Made by a program: the position numbers and the translations under genes | Shown: in pieces, positions 51,721-64,000 of the stretch | Numbering within the stretch: position 1 is the first letter of the stretch | Layout of the letters: every line of letters begins with the position of its first letter | Notes under the pieces: model-generated | Told to the model about the DNA's origin: nothing | Databases searched by the model: none | What the model saw: the letters and a program-made list of their open reading frames with translations, nothing else | Source: Octopus bimaculoides | Lineage: Eukaryota | Direction of reading: 5' to 3' | Assembly: GCF_001194135.2 (NCBI RefSeq) | Contig: NC_068994.1 | Span: 3,094,717 to 3,158,716, forward strand | Length of the DNA stretch: 64,000 nt

Positions 51721-53578
51721 TAATTATGCTTAGATTCAAGAGTATAATCTAAAGCTGGGAAGGGGCTCAGCTGCACAATAAAAGGATTTCCTATGGGATG
51801 TGTAAACTGATTACCTCTGCCAAACTTCCTGCTTTTGTCACACAGCACTGGCACTGCTAAGCTAGGAAGAATATGAAAGCAAGTGTTCAGAACTCCCACC
51901 AAATCCAGTATGTGTGTGCTCCAGGAGCCAGTAGCTACTCATTGCAATAATCTTTGTGTCCATACAATACAACAGAGTGGAGTAAAAGCAATCATCGCAT
52001 TACTTCCTATAACTTATCCAGTTTGACAATATCCTGGTGATTAAAACCTGTGTTTGACAGCACTGGCCCTCTTATAGTAAGCACCCAGAAGAAACTTCCT
52101 CAGAGGAGGCCAACTATACTTGTAAGGGGTGAGATGAGACAGTGAAACCAATCTCTCAGTAATCACAATTTGACCAACTTTCTAGGATTCTGATGTCACG
52201 ATCAAAAAAAGAATGTACAAAAATAATGAAACTTATTTTATTATGTGCAGGCAAAAGACTTGACCTTAAGAACCTCTGAGACAGATGGAAAGATATTTAT
52301 CCTCAAATTATAGACCTGCCCTGAATTCCTGTAATATAGTGGGTTACACTAAAGGTACCCTAGGGCCAGTGAATGGGGTTAAACCAGGCAACAGATTAAA
52401 TTTATCACCGAATAACAGGAATGGTCTCTCCAATGGGATGCCACATGATTTCCATCAATTAATTTCATTCACAAAACTTTGCCCAATCCAGTTCTATGGT
52501 AGAAAGATACTTGTATGAGGTGCCATGCAGAGGGATTGAACCAAACACTACATGGATGCAAAGCAAACTTCATAACCACACAATCATGCCTGGGCCCAAA
52601 CTTAAAAAGAGATGACTTTGACCTGTCGGTCTTTTAATTTTTCTCTGTCTTCCCACATCCAATCAGTCATTGTCCTCATTGAAAAAAATCAATAAATACA
52701 TCATCAGTGTAGATTTATTTACATAAATATTGAAAGAACATTGCCACATAACTTGGCAGGATAAAGCTTGCAAGAAGTTTTTTAAGTATGGAGGGTGTCT
52801 AAGACAATCTATCAAGTCATTTCAAAAGTTATAAGCTGAGGTAAATAACTGAGATTTGCAATGTCTCCCTTTTCATAGAAACAAGCATAATTTTTGTTTT
52901 TTTATCACATTGGCAATCAAATTAAATGACTATAACAATAGGTTGATAAATTACTCAGTCAGGTCGATTCATATACCTATAACAATTCCTAGAACGTGAA
53001 TGGAAGACTGCAGTTTACTGAGCTATCAGGAATTAGTTCAGAATATCCCATCATATAGAAATGTAATCAATAAACTGGTGTTTCATCCAAGAGAGGCTGA
53101 AGCCAAAATACTCTGATTTTTATGTTTTTAGTTTACAAATAACGATTCACTTGTAGAGCTCAAGTCTCTATGCATAACAGAGTAGATACTGACAGCCTGG
53201 AGCCACTTCTAACAGTCTCTCATTAAAAGAAGTACAATGACTGTGACATTAAAGTACTACAAAACTGAGTACACCAACACTTAGTACTACAACTATTGCT
53301 GACTCTTCTCTAATATCCCTGGCTATCATTCTGGTCTCACGGCACAGTAACTCTGCTCTCTTTGTTCTCATTTTCCTGACTGATATAAAACCAAGGACCA
53401 CCCTTACTTCATGGTGGAGTGGTTAGCAACAGGAAGGGCCTTCATTCCGCTGTGGAATAATAGCAATAAAAAAAAGAACTATTTGATCCTGCATACATGG
53501 AAAAAAAATGAATGTAAAACAGCAAAAAATTAAACATGAGAAAAAAATAGGAGGTTTGTCTTTGTTAGAAAGTGATTA

Positions 53579-55210
53579 TCATGAGAGGTGATGGAGGACA
53601 AAGTTGGTCAAGCGTCCAGGCAAGTATTTCTGAAACTCAATGTTTGCTTGGTTCAAAACTCTGGCAGTGAGACACTGCAGAGAAAGAGGTTCTTTTACAG
53701 GAACAAGTTTAGCAGCATCAAAGACAATGTACGGTGATTCTTTGAGAAATTTTCCCAGAAACTGGTTTTGTGTTTCATGACATGTTTGGAGAATAATGTC
53801 TGTTGGCTGCCATTTGCCATGAAGCCTTAAAGAAATTGCAGGTTTACTTCCATCTGTAATGCCTTCCTGTTCAGCATGTAACGGTTCTGTCTGAGACAAA
53901 ACCTTGGTATATCGATCAAGAACAGAACAGGAGAACCTTTGAAAGCTTACTGAATCCCATTTGTGTTGGTAATGAATGAGAATTTGGAGCAAGTTCACCA
54001 CAAACAGTAACAACGTTTCCCATGCATTCACCTTGTAAGAACTTTTCAAAGATCTTTCTTCACAGTTGCTGTTTTGGAGGGATTCCCAGTTGATGACGAT
54101 ATCACTAGCAATCTGCCGAACAAGATTTATGACCTCTCTGAAGGGCATGGAATAATGTTGATCTTTACTGTATATTTTCCAAAACACCTCCAATTCAAGT
54201 GTAACAATATCAGGGCCCGTCACACACCTCATTCTTTGACAGGCTCGAAGTAAATGGCAATATATGTCCCATGCTAGTGAAACATTACCAAGGTCACACT
54301 GCAGCCATGCTGCATAACCTAATGCCTCGAGTGAGGTACAGCAAACACCTAATATTTTTTCTGTCACCATTAGTGCAGGAAATTCAAAGATATCAGTGTT
54401 GTGTTCAGCTTCATCAAGAGCTTCAATAAATATCTGTGTTGTGGTGCTGTCAAAGTACTGTTGTGGAGAATGTTGTGGGTAAGGAAAAGTTACCAGTAAA
54501 TAGACGAGTATTCTCCATTGCCAGTGTGTGGCAGCAAGCCGGAAACAATTCTCACCGAGACCATTGTATGTGTAAGGACTGAAGCCCTTCTGGAGGAGAA
54601 ATTTAAACACCTCTAAGTTACCTTTACAGGCTGCAAAATGCAGAACTGTGTCACCATTTGCATCAGTTGCATATAAATTAGCACCATTTGAAAAGAGGAG
54701 ATCTACTAACTCCGTGTTAAAGACAGCTTCCATCAATGGAGTCACTCCTTTATGGTCAGGAAAATTAACATCAGAACCTCTTTCAATAAGAAACTTAACA
54801 ATATCCACATTGCCACCTTTAACAGACATTTTCAGAGCAGTGTTACCCAAATGGTCTTTGACATTGATATTGGCTCCATAATCAAGAAGAATCTGCAACA
54901 TATTCTTGCAGCGTTCTGATGCAGCCACTAAAAGAGGCGTCACTTGAGCATCGTCATTATATATCACAGGTTGATCAACAGGAACATTGCATTCCTGCAA
55001 GAAATACTGAACAAGTTCTAAGTTGTTGTATGAAACAGCTAGAAACAGTGCAGTGAATCCCTGGATCTTTCGGCTGGCAATACGTTTGCGATGTGGCATT
55101 TTAAGAGGATCCAGTTTAGACTTCACACCAACAAGGTTACATTTTCTCACATAACGCATCACTTTGTTCGATATGGAAATAATCTGCTCCCCCGTAAGTT
55201 GTTGTGACAT
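53579..55210 (-). CDS. FEM1: Fem-1-like ankyrin-repeat protein, probable Cullin-2 E3 substrate receptor (543 aa, single coding exon)
   Basis: About 6 N-terminal ankyrin repeats (TALFLA, TPLLVAA, TALKMS, TPLMEA, TVLHFAA). ALMVTEKILG resembles the FEM1 ALxIRERILG motif, and C-terminal PLSLQCLTARVL...LPGRLTNFVLHH resembles the FEM1 VHL/BC-box end. Family-level call only. Confidence 0.85.
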   Translation of the reverse strand: MSQQLTGEQIISISNKVMRYVRKCNLVGVKSKLDPLKMPHRKRIASRKIQGFTALFLAVSYNNLELVQYFLQECNVPVDQPVIYNDDAQVTPLLVAASERCKNMLQILLDYGANINVKDHLGNTALKMSVKGGNVDIVKFLIERGSDVNFPDHKGVTPLMEAVFNTELVDLLFSNGANLYATDANGDTVLHFAACKGNLEVFKFLLQKGFSPYTYNGLGENCFRLAATHWQWRILVYLLVTFPYPQHSPQQYFDSTTTQIFIEALDEAEHNTDIFEFPALMVTEKILGVCCTSLEALGYAAWLQCDLGNVSLAWDIYCHLLRACQRMRCVTGPDIVTLELEVFWKIYSKDQHYSMPFREVINLVRQIASDIVINWESLQNSNCEERSLKSSYKVNAWETLLLFVVNLLQILIHYQHKWDSVSFQRFSCSVLDRYTKVLSQTEPLHAEQEGITDGSKPAISLRLHGKWQPTDIILQTCHETQNQFLGKFLKESPYIVFDAAKLVPVKEPLSLQCLTARVLNQANIEFQKYLPGRLTNFVLHHLS

Positions 55211-55618
55211 CTTTCCTAAAAAATAATAAAAATAGCAATAATATTAGTGAGATGTCAGAAATAATAGTTCTTTTATATTATCAAATGGAAATAATAGTTC
55301 CTTTATGTTATCATGTGGCTAATTGCAGGTAGGTTCTTCCACTCAACATCACTGTCTTAACCTTCAATAAATGCTAATTATGTAAATATTGATCAACAAA
55401 CAACCACACAGTTATATGTATGATTATGCCAGAGTTCCCAAGTAGAGAGTATCAAGATGGCATCAGTAATTAAATGAATCTATCAACATCTATAAGCCGG
55501 ATTTATTTAGAATGTAGACTTTTAATGACTAATTAATTAACAGTTAGTCAGTAAGTTTCTTTTACAATGAAATTTGTAGTCTAAAGGATTTTTAAGTATA
55601 ATGACCTTATTAACTTAC

Positions 55619-55640
55619 CTTGTATCTTAATTATCCACTT
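55619..55640 (-). other. Candidate 22-nt 5'-UTR micro-exon of the Fem-1-like gene
   Basis: Minus strand reads ttttttccctttttgttttttAG|aagtggataattaagatacaag|GTAAGT. The downstream acceptor ttttattattttttAG|gaaagATG is at 55217-55216, with a ctaat branch-like site. Confidence 0.55.
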
Positions 55641-56586
55641 CTAAAAAACAAAAAGGGAAAAAATAGCCAGCTAATTACGTGTCAGCTTGCCAAACATACT
55701 TTTAATAGTGAATACTTCCTGAACCAGCAATTAAAAGAGATCTGTCCGTTCACCTTCAACTTCCACAGGACTTTCCTGGCCCTCCACAAAACTCATAGAC
55801 AGATGACAGAACACTTACGTCCTCCACCATTTTGTAGACACAACTTTAAAACTATTTTAACTGAAATTTCCTGGCAAATCCAGTCTCCTTTCTTGCCAGC
55901 AACACAAGAAAACAAAAAGGGCTAGCCATCACACTCAACATAAAAGTACCACCCACAACTAACACAACAACACTGGGAGTTAAACCACAACATCTATGAC
56001 ACACAGAAGATGCTCAAAAGATAGCAAAATGATGCACAAACATACTTAGAGCCATCACAGTTACATTTGGCCAAAACATTGCAGTTCATACACAAGCATT
56101 ATACAATCTGCATCTCACTTTGAGAGAGAAACGTTTTATTAGCAAAAAAGGTAAAAGCTCTCCAACCCATTCTTATTCTGGCTACTCTACTTCAGGAACA
56201 TTCACCTCCACTGTTAATTAACTCACCCAAGTAACAGAAGCTACTGACCACTTCAAAGGAACCATCTCAGTGTTTGAGAGAAACTATTTCCTGTGCATGT
56301 TTAGTGTTTGTAGCCCCTGTGCAGATACCATATATCAAGTCTGCTTTCTCTTAACCTGCCTGTGATTCTCAAGAAATCGCCCTGGGTCCTATATGCAAAG
56401 TTGAGCTTCTCGTCAGCTAATTTTGTCCCTGATATTCACTATTAATAGGCTTGATTTTAATCTAGACCAGCAGTTCTCCATCACGGCTCCCAGGGCCGCA
56501 TGGACCCTCAAGCATCCTTCCAGCTGAGCCCTGATATTCTCCTCCACCCTCTATAAATATAATAAATTGTTCTTTGATTTGAGTTC

Positions 56587-56623
<37 letters not shown>

Positions 56624-56836
56624 TGCAGCCTCCTAAAAAAACTAATAACTTGGATCTGGCCAGGATATTAAAAGAGGGTGGAGAAGCACCGATTCGGAGG
56701 GTCTCTTCCTCCCAGCCTTATTCCAGAATAATACTGTTTACTGAAACATTATTATCATTTCTCTTTATCACAGGTTTTGTTGGAACTCTTGGAGTCTTCC
56801 TATCTGCAGCCTTCGGTACCATGCTATCCATTCTTT

Positions 56837-56953
56837 TCAACGATCTAATACTTTCCTAATTAATCTGGTCATGCCAAGGAGGCAAACCTTTTGTAACAGT
56901 TCTACTGGGTACTCGATTCCAATTTCCTTGATATTCCTCTTGATATTTTCTGA
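56837..56953 (-). mobile_element. RLE-type LINE 3' fragment next to (ATT)n
   Basis: NIKEIGIEYPVELLQKVCLLGMTRLIRKVL. Confidence 0.6.
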
Positions 56954-57002
56954 TATTATTATTATTATTATTATTATTATTTGTACTGCAAAACAAGTTA
57001 TA

Positions 57003-57209
57003 CAATCTCGCAGTAAATTACAAACCATTGTACAAATTCAGTACTACATAGAGTTTAACAATACATGACGGAAACAATGTTAAAATAACAATAACCAGGA
57101 AAGTGAAAATTAAAATTTAAAAAACTGGCCCCAACAATAACGGTGAATGTAAGAATCTTACTTGGATTTACCGAAGTTGTACAATGGTTTGTAATTTACA
57201 ACGAGATTG
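57003..57209. repeat. 33-bp inverted repeats (57003-57035 and 57177-57209) enclosing a segment duplicated at 58323-58443
   Basis: caatctcgcagtaaattacaaaccattgtacaa versus ttgtacaatggtttgtaatttacaacgagattg (31/33 complementary). Confidence 0.8.
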
Positions 57210-59799
57210 CTTTAAATATTATATACTTTTAATGCACAACAAACTTTTTTCCTGAATATGCGCTCTTGAAATTGGGGTGCGCCTTATTGTGCACAAACAT
57301 CTTTTATGTCAGGAAGGACTAGAGTTAAAAAGATGTGCACTTCTTTCTTTCTGATTACAAAGAAAAATTAAATAAAATTTATCGTCATAATAATCTACAT
57401 TTTCGAACACATGTATGGATGAAGTAAATACGGGGGAGAGAAAGTTGGATGATGACCTAAAGTGTAGTTATGCCAGCAATATTCTAGAGATGGTCTTACT
57501 GAACTCTCATAATTAGAAATAATATATTTCTTAATCTCCCAGAGAGATTTATGCAGTAGCAGCACGATAAAGTGACAGCATGTTGTCAACTTAATGTGAC
57601 AGTTCCATAAAAGGGAAGAATGCTACTGTTATTTAGCCCTAGGAAACACCGTTTCCTGTTGGACTGACACATGCTAGCTCTCATAAAGAAGTTTTCAATA
57701 ACTTTTTGCTTAAGAAAACAGCTTTAATTACATTTACCCAAATTAGTAACTATACAATTATCGGTTAATCTCTATGCTTTTTTTTTTTTCATTTTTTTTT
57801 GTGACCGGGTGCTAAACTAGAGAATAATACAATCACCATTACGCAATTTAACAGAAGTACTTCTCTCGTTAATAAATGTAAACAATATAATGAGAGGAAA
57901 CTGAAGTGAACATAAACAAGATCAAAAGTAAAATTAATTGGTCTGTAAAGAAGACGACTTTTTTAAAGCCTTCAACCCTCCGAACAATGGTTCTTCTCTA
58001 AAAAATACAAGTTGTACTTTTACTTTCTCGCAACAATTCTAATTTCTCCCACTTTTAACCTGATTAGAATTTTCTTAATATTCCGGCATATATCCTGCTT
58101 GTTTGTTTTTTTAAGATAACTTCTTTTCCAATTCTTTGATAAACATAAATACAAAGAGAAGAAGAAAATATCCTCGTCCACTTATTTAATGGAACGAGTT
58201 CGATCGCTTCTGTTGTTTTTCAATTTTGCTTTAATATATTTTAAGATTTTCGTCAGATGTTGGAGCGAATTATTTAATATCAATATGGTTTATTAAGAGC
58301 AAGTAGATTTTATATATTTCCTTAGAGTTTAACTATTCCTGCCGGAAACAATGTTTAAATAACAATAATCCAGAAAGTGAAAATTTAAAAAACTGGAACC
58401 GACAATAATGGGGAATATAAAAATCAAACTTGGATTTACTGAAAAGAAGAGATTCTGGTTGTGCTAAATTCAAACTTTTTTTCTATCCCTGCTTCTCTTT
58501 TTTTAACAACACATAAAACTTCATTTGGAGAAAATATAATTTCTTACAATTTACACAAAATATCGGGTTTTATATGAGAGGCTCTTTATCATACTTCTGA
58601 ACTATATTCCTAATTAATTTTGATGACTTTATACCTAATATATATTGTGTTTGTAAATATATATATAAAAGTATATAACAGGGCTATATATACATATACG
58701 TATAGGGTACACGTTTTACCTACATCGAAGGATTCCCTTTTCCGTTTCGGGAATTCAGGAAAACCAAATCAGATTTTTAAATTCTCCTAATTGTCGCTCC
58801 TAATTCTAATTACGCCGCTTTCCTCATCATATACCCTATAATAATAAATCATTTAATAATATAAATAATAAATAGACATACCAAAAATGAGATCAGTTTG
58901 ATCAAAGTGTTGAAGGCAATATGCTGTGTAAAAATGTCATTCTATTCAGAAATTAAGAAAACGATCGGTCGTCAAAGATAACAATAACAAACAAGGATGT
59001 GAAGAGTATTTACAGAAACAAACGGCCATCATTAAAATCCCGACTGACGTCGGTTACCGGTGTAAAGTTTCTCTTGTAAAATTAGTCCATTTTTTCAAAA
59101 GGCGTTTTCGCCTGGATTAAGTATGTTTCTCGTCCTTTCGGGGTCGATAAATAAAGTACCAGACCAATACTGCAGGTACTGAGAGTATCGACTAATTCCC
59201 CACTCCCTTGTGACTATATTAGAAACACTTATCAAGTAGTTTGAACTCGCAAATTTCAATGCTTTTAATATCAAAAATCTAGTTAGAAATAATTACACGA
59301 TGAGAAAAAGACATTAGATCAACGACTAACATTATTTTAATTCTTTCATTCTTTCCAGAATGATAAAAATAATATTAGTCAGTATTTAATGTTATCATTT
59401 CCTCACTGCGTAAATATTTACAATTAAATTGTTTTGAACTGACTTTACTGTTGTTTTTCATACGGATGGCGTCTCCGAGTATTTAAGTTCAGTGCCATCA
59501 GCCGAAAGAACGCACACCATTAAAGTAAACAGCGGCCAACTGTATTAAGTTTAAAAGACTTCACTTTTGTTGTCCTAATGATGTTACTAACTTCCATCAT
59601 GATTTCATAATGAAAAGACATACACCCTCATAGAGAATGCAATGGTTGCAGGTATAAACATAGTTAAGCACATTTTAAATATGTTTCCTGTTCTGCCAAA
59701 GTTTCTACAATAATAATCGATATGGAAAAGAATTCATTTCACAGGCTTAAAAGATTTAACTGATCTCTTTGCATATTATGCAAAATGAACAGAGAGAAA

Positions 59800-60410
59800 G
59801 TGAAGGTAGAAATTCCATTCTGTGTATCCAATGTAAGCTATGAACGCATAAGAGGGGCAGCAGTATCACAGGAAGGTTAATAGAGAAAGTAGTCTTTGTG
59901 TGTGGCAGGTGTGCAGGTCCAATAAACACTAAGAACATACAGGAAATGGACTTCTTCAACTGTTTGCAGTGGGGACCCTTAAAAGTAAAAGATGGCTTCC
60001 ATTAAATCAGTGATCGAGCTAGGATGTATATGTGACAGCAGAGCCTGTACAGTCTGTGGAAAGGTGTATCATTCAGTTGGAGGATTAAAAATACTTCATA
60101 CTGGAGCAGCAGTTCCTTCTGCCGCCCAGCACAACTGTGCATTGTGCAATAAAATGTGCAAATCTCTGGTGGGGGTTCAAGAGTCATATAAGGGCCTCTA
60201 TTGCATTATCAATGACTCATTTCAATGATTCTTTGTAGCAATAGCCTTGCTTCTATATGAGAAAGCAGCCACTATGTAATATGTGTATGTATGTGTATAT
60301 ACATATAATCTCAGAACATTGGGCCTCATGGAGGAAATGACAATGGCCTGAGATATCTGCTGATATGAAGTTCTTGAGAATACCCACCCACATCAGTGAA
60401 ACTGAGTTCT
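59800..60410 (+). mobile_element. Degraded LINE remnants (RTE-type Cys-rich post-RT region, CxxC fingers, RTE 3' end)
   Basis: CIQCKL*THKR...ITGRLIEKVVFVCGRCAG; CTVCGKVYHSVGGL; DLRTLGLMEEMT at about 60310. Confidence 0.5.
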
Positions 60411-60789
60411 AGAAGCACTGTGTATCCGACCCACACTTAACAAGAAAACCACATCGCTTCTCTTCCTCACATTTCCACTTCATGTACTACACTTACCTCT
60501 GACTCCCCAATCCTGTCCTCTTGGCCCTGTGCCACTGTATCATTGCTCTCCACTAGCTTTCAACCTGCGGTAGTGCACCTGTTTCTATCTTAATTCCTGA
60601 TCTCTCCTTCTCTCTCTCTCTCTGGCCAGGTAACCTTGTACTTCCTCTACAGCAAGACACCTGTTTCTGTCTCTCTGCCTCACTATAACCTTCCATCATC
60701 CGACAGATCACTTCCTCCAATGCCCCCACCCTTGCAAAAGAGTTTTTTTTTTTTGTCTTGCAAGTACTTGGTGACCCTGTCAGTGCAGG

Positions 60790-61197
60790 TGCCACTTAAA
60801 AGCACCCAGTCTACATTGTAAAGTGGCTGGTGTTCAGAAAGGCATCCAGCTGTAAGAACCTTGCCAAAATTGACCTCACCTGTACTTGTGCCACGTAAAA
60901 AGCATTAAGTCCACTCTGCTGAGTGGCTGGTGTCAGAAAGGGTACCAATCAGTCAGTACTGTCCTCGGCCACGACAATGACTTCACTTGACTCAACATGT
61001 TTTCACAAGTGTAGTTTATTGCCCAATGATTGAAGGGTACTCTTAAATGGGCTGGTTATGCTGCACTGGCATAGGCCACAGTTACGGTCTCACTTGGCTT
61101 GCTGGGTCTTCTCGAGGACAGCATATCTCCAAAGGTCTCGGTCTCTTGTCAGTGCCTCCATGAGGCCCAACATTCGAAGGTCATGCTTCACCACCTC

Positions 61198-61198
<1 letters not shown>
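60790..61198 (-). mobile_element. RTE-clade LINE 3' end
   Basis: EVVKHDLRMLGLMEALTRDRDLWRYAVLEKT is a typical RTE C-terminus (D...lGL.....DR..WR). Confidence 0.75.
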
Positions 61199-61237
<39 letters not shown>

Positions 61238-61251
61238 ATATATGTGTGTAT

Positions 61252-61438
61252 GTTTGTCTCCCCATCATTGCTTGACAACTGATGTTGGTGGGTTTACGTC
61301 CCCGTAACTTAGTGGTTCGGCAAAAGATACTGACAGGATAAGTATTAGGCTTACAAAGAATAAGATCCTGGGGTCGATTTGTCCAACTAAAGGTGGTACT
61401 CCAGCATGGCTGCAGTCAAATGACCGAAGCAAAACAAT
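61252..61438 (+). mobile_element. SINE family B 3' fragment
   Basis: Reverse complement of 12204-12400. Confidence 0.8.
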
Positions 61439-62208
61439 GTGCATGTGTGTTTGTGTGTGTGTTTGTATGTGTGCATGTTTGTGTGTGAAAGTGCGTGAGA
61501 GTGTGCACATACGCTAATTTACTAATAAACAGTAATAAATAATTTGATAACATACACAGACACACACACACATAGATATGTATGTGTGTGCATATATGTA
61601 TATATATGTATGTGTATGTATGTATGTATATATATATATATATATATATGTGCGTATGTGCATATGTGTGTGTTTGTGTGTACCTCTCTTTCTCTCCCCC
61701 CCATATATACATACATATATATATATATGTATATATATGCAAACACACACATATGTATGTATATAAATATCCTTTTGATATTATCAGTCGGTTGAGTAAG
61801 TAAAAGAGCCTACAATTGTGTGATGTTTATTGCACAAGTAAAGAAACAAGGAAGCAAGAAGCAGAACGTGATAGGAAAAGAAACAGCATTTTCAGTTTGT
61901 GGCTTGTGAAAGTAAGACTGTTGCATGTTGACATGTAAAACTGGGTTACTTCAGAAATGCAACTAGTGCAGTTCGTGCTGCAGTCATGCAATGTGTCTCT
62001 ATTGATTTTATTGATATTTCAAATTGGCATATGTAGATGATCAGTGCAGTGATGTTGCAAGTGGCAACCTTCACACAAGATGCAACCTCTATTATATTGT
62101 GATTTTGGTAAACAGGTTAAATGGTAAATGGTTCAAACTTCACTGGAAATGGGAAAATGACCCCAGTTTGGGTGGTGGATGTGTAATCCTATATATATAT
62201 ATAAAATA

Positions 62209-62239
<31 letters not shown>

Positions 62240-62393
62240 ATTTTTTTTCTCCGTATTCTTTCAGTTGAAGAGCGTAGCTCGAAACGTTAAAGACTTTCCG
62301 TATTCCCAAGCGTCATACTAATACATCCTTTTGTTGTTTACACCACCTGTCCTCGTCTGTTGTTGTTTTTTTTCGTACATTCTCCCATATATT

Positions 62394-62428
<35 letters not shown>

Positions 62429-64000
62429 CTACATCTGTGACCCATCACCTTTATTTCGACCCTGGGTTCTTAGTGAGCTCAAAATAAAGCTTCAATGGAA
62501 ACACAGACATGTGAGGTGGTTCAGTACATGTGTGAATGTGGGGAGGGGGTGTCTATGACAGAGTCATGTCAGTGTGAACTGAGTCATGAGGGTCTCTCCT
62601 AGCCCCTTTCGTTTTGAGATTTTTTTTGTTTTTAACAGGTTTTTTTTTTCACACCTGTTGTAATGTCTTCAATGTATTCTAACAAAACCTAATAAAACAT
62701 AGGGTGGGTGTGAGAGGCTGGATCTGGTTTGTTTTAACATAAAACAGGGAGAGTATTTGGGCCACACATGGACTGATTAAAGGTTAAAGGGCATATTAAA
62801 CAATCTAGTCTGGAATACTTGGAGGGAAGGTGAGATGGTCATGGTTGGAACAACTTTGATAAAAGGTCTGCTCAATCAGGGTTGACTTGGGGTTAAATAG
62901 CAGCAACCTATTGTCCACGTTCAGCAAATTAATGACTAATTTGTCACTTTATTTCCTTTCATAAACTTTTTCATTCCAGCAGATGACACTGGTACTTACC
63001 TCGCTTTTTTATAGCTACAGATGTTGTTGTTGTTGACATTCAAGTGAATTTGTTCAGCAAATGTCATCCTTGTTGCTGATGTAGACAGAAGGTGGTACAT
63101 ACACATATATGTGCACACACACACACACATGCATATATCACCTTGATAACCTTATGTCTGGTTTTTAACAAACTTGCATAGAGTGGATGTGTGTCACCAT
63201 CTCTCTCCCTCACTTTTCATACACACAACCACATACATACATATTTATATACACACACATATGTATATATATACACATACACATGTATGCATACACATAA
63301 ACACATAAAATACTAAAAACTGCATGCATTAACTGATTAAACGAGAAGCCATTCATTCTTAGCCACAGTTAATCATGTTAGTGTTGGTATAACTGATGAG
63401 GACTAATAAGGCTGAAATATGTCAGAGTTGTCTCACCTTACTGCCAGCATCAAACTCACTCTACACTACAATGTCCACATTCTATTTTTTATCACATCTT
63501 AATTTACAATTTCTGAGTTGCTTCCCTTTCCTTTTGTGACCAGAGTTGATCAATATAGTAATGATTTCTTATCTGAATACATTGAGTATGTTAGCTAGTC
63601 TGTAATCAGTGTCTCAGGCCAAAGTTTGAGCTAAGCCATCAATTAGGCTGAAAGTCAACATCAGTCGATATGTTTTCATGAACCAACAAAGGAATGATTA
63701 CACAATCATTCAGTTTGCTAGAAAAAGCAGTGTATGTGTGTGTGTGTGTATGTATATGAGTGTATGAGTCCATGAGAATATTTATGTTTTGTGATTGCAA
63801 CAACAAGATTCCAGTATTCTTCATCATAATTTCTCTTAACAATAAATCATCCTGTCTCTCTCTGAGATTTCAAAGAAGTGCAGAGTGAAACAACAAAGAA
63901 ACTCCTTAGAAAATTACTATTTGAAAATCTCACAACGAGAGATATTCAGCAACAGTACTTCGGAATAAAGATTGTTTGCCAACATAACATGGCAGCCCTG

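Noticed and set aside
59992-60228. C2H2-like zinc-finger ORF
   Set aside because: Incomplete fingers lying among LINE remnants; more likely retroelement-derived than a host gene.
62262-62295. TTGAAGAG-CGTAGCT-CGAAACGT minimal hammerhead-like motif
   Set aside because: C3 is replaced by T and stem II is one pair; kept only as a possible Penelope-like remnant.
63393-63430. CTGATGA...GAAA...GTC hammerhead-like string
   Set aside because: Stem II and stem I do not pair; at best a decayed relic.

Overview
AT-rich, microsatellite- and SINE-dense animal genomic DNA with nine N-gaps. The repeat families and tandem protocadherins indicate a coleoid cephalopod, most likely Octopus (inference). Four protein-coding loci are supported. 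(1) A 6-EC protocadherin with an uninterrupted CDS and a long, repeat-containing cytoplasmic tail (6454-9435, +). (2) A second 6-EC protocadherin whose ORF runs into a perfect splice donor and can be rebuilt as a phase-consistent 3-exon CDS (37933-40236, 41290-41419, 42619-42965, +; 926 aa). (3) An orphan 232-aa intronless ORF with a possible death-fold C-terminus (45437-46135, -), sitting behind a 4 x 133-bp tandem array. (4) A divergent Fem-1-like ankyrin/VHL-box protein (53579-55210, -) with a candidate 22-nt 5'-UTR micro-exon. The remainder is simple repeats, tRNA-type SINEs, RTE and RLE-type (R4/Dong-like) LINE remnants, mariner/maT, hAT and piggyBac-like DNA-transposon remnants, a Gypsy-type LTR with a tRNA-Trp PBS nested in a maT transposase, and a palindromic repeat family carrying hammerhead-ribozyme-like cores. 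Nearly all other ORFs in the track are microsatellite or gap artefacts. All splice models and family assignments were made by eye and are unverified.
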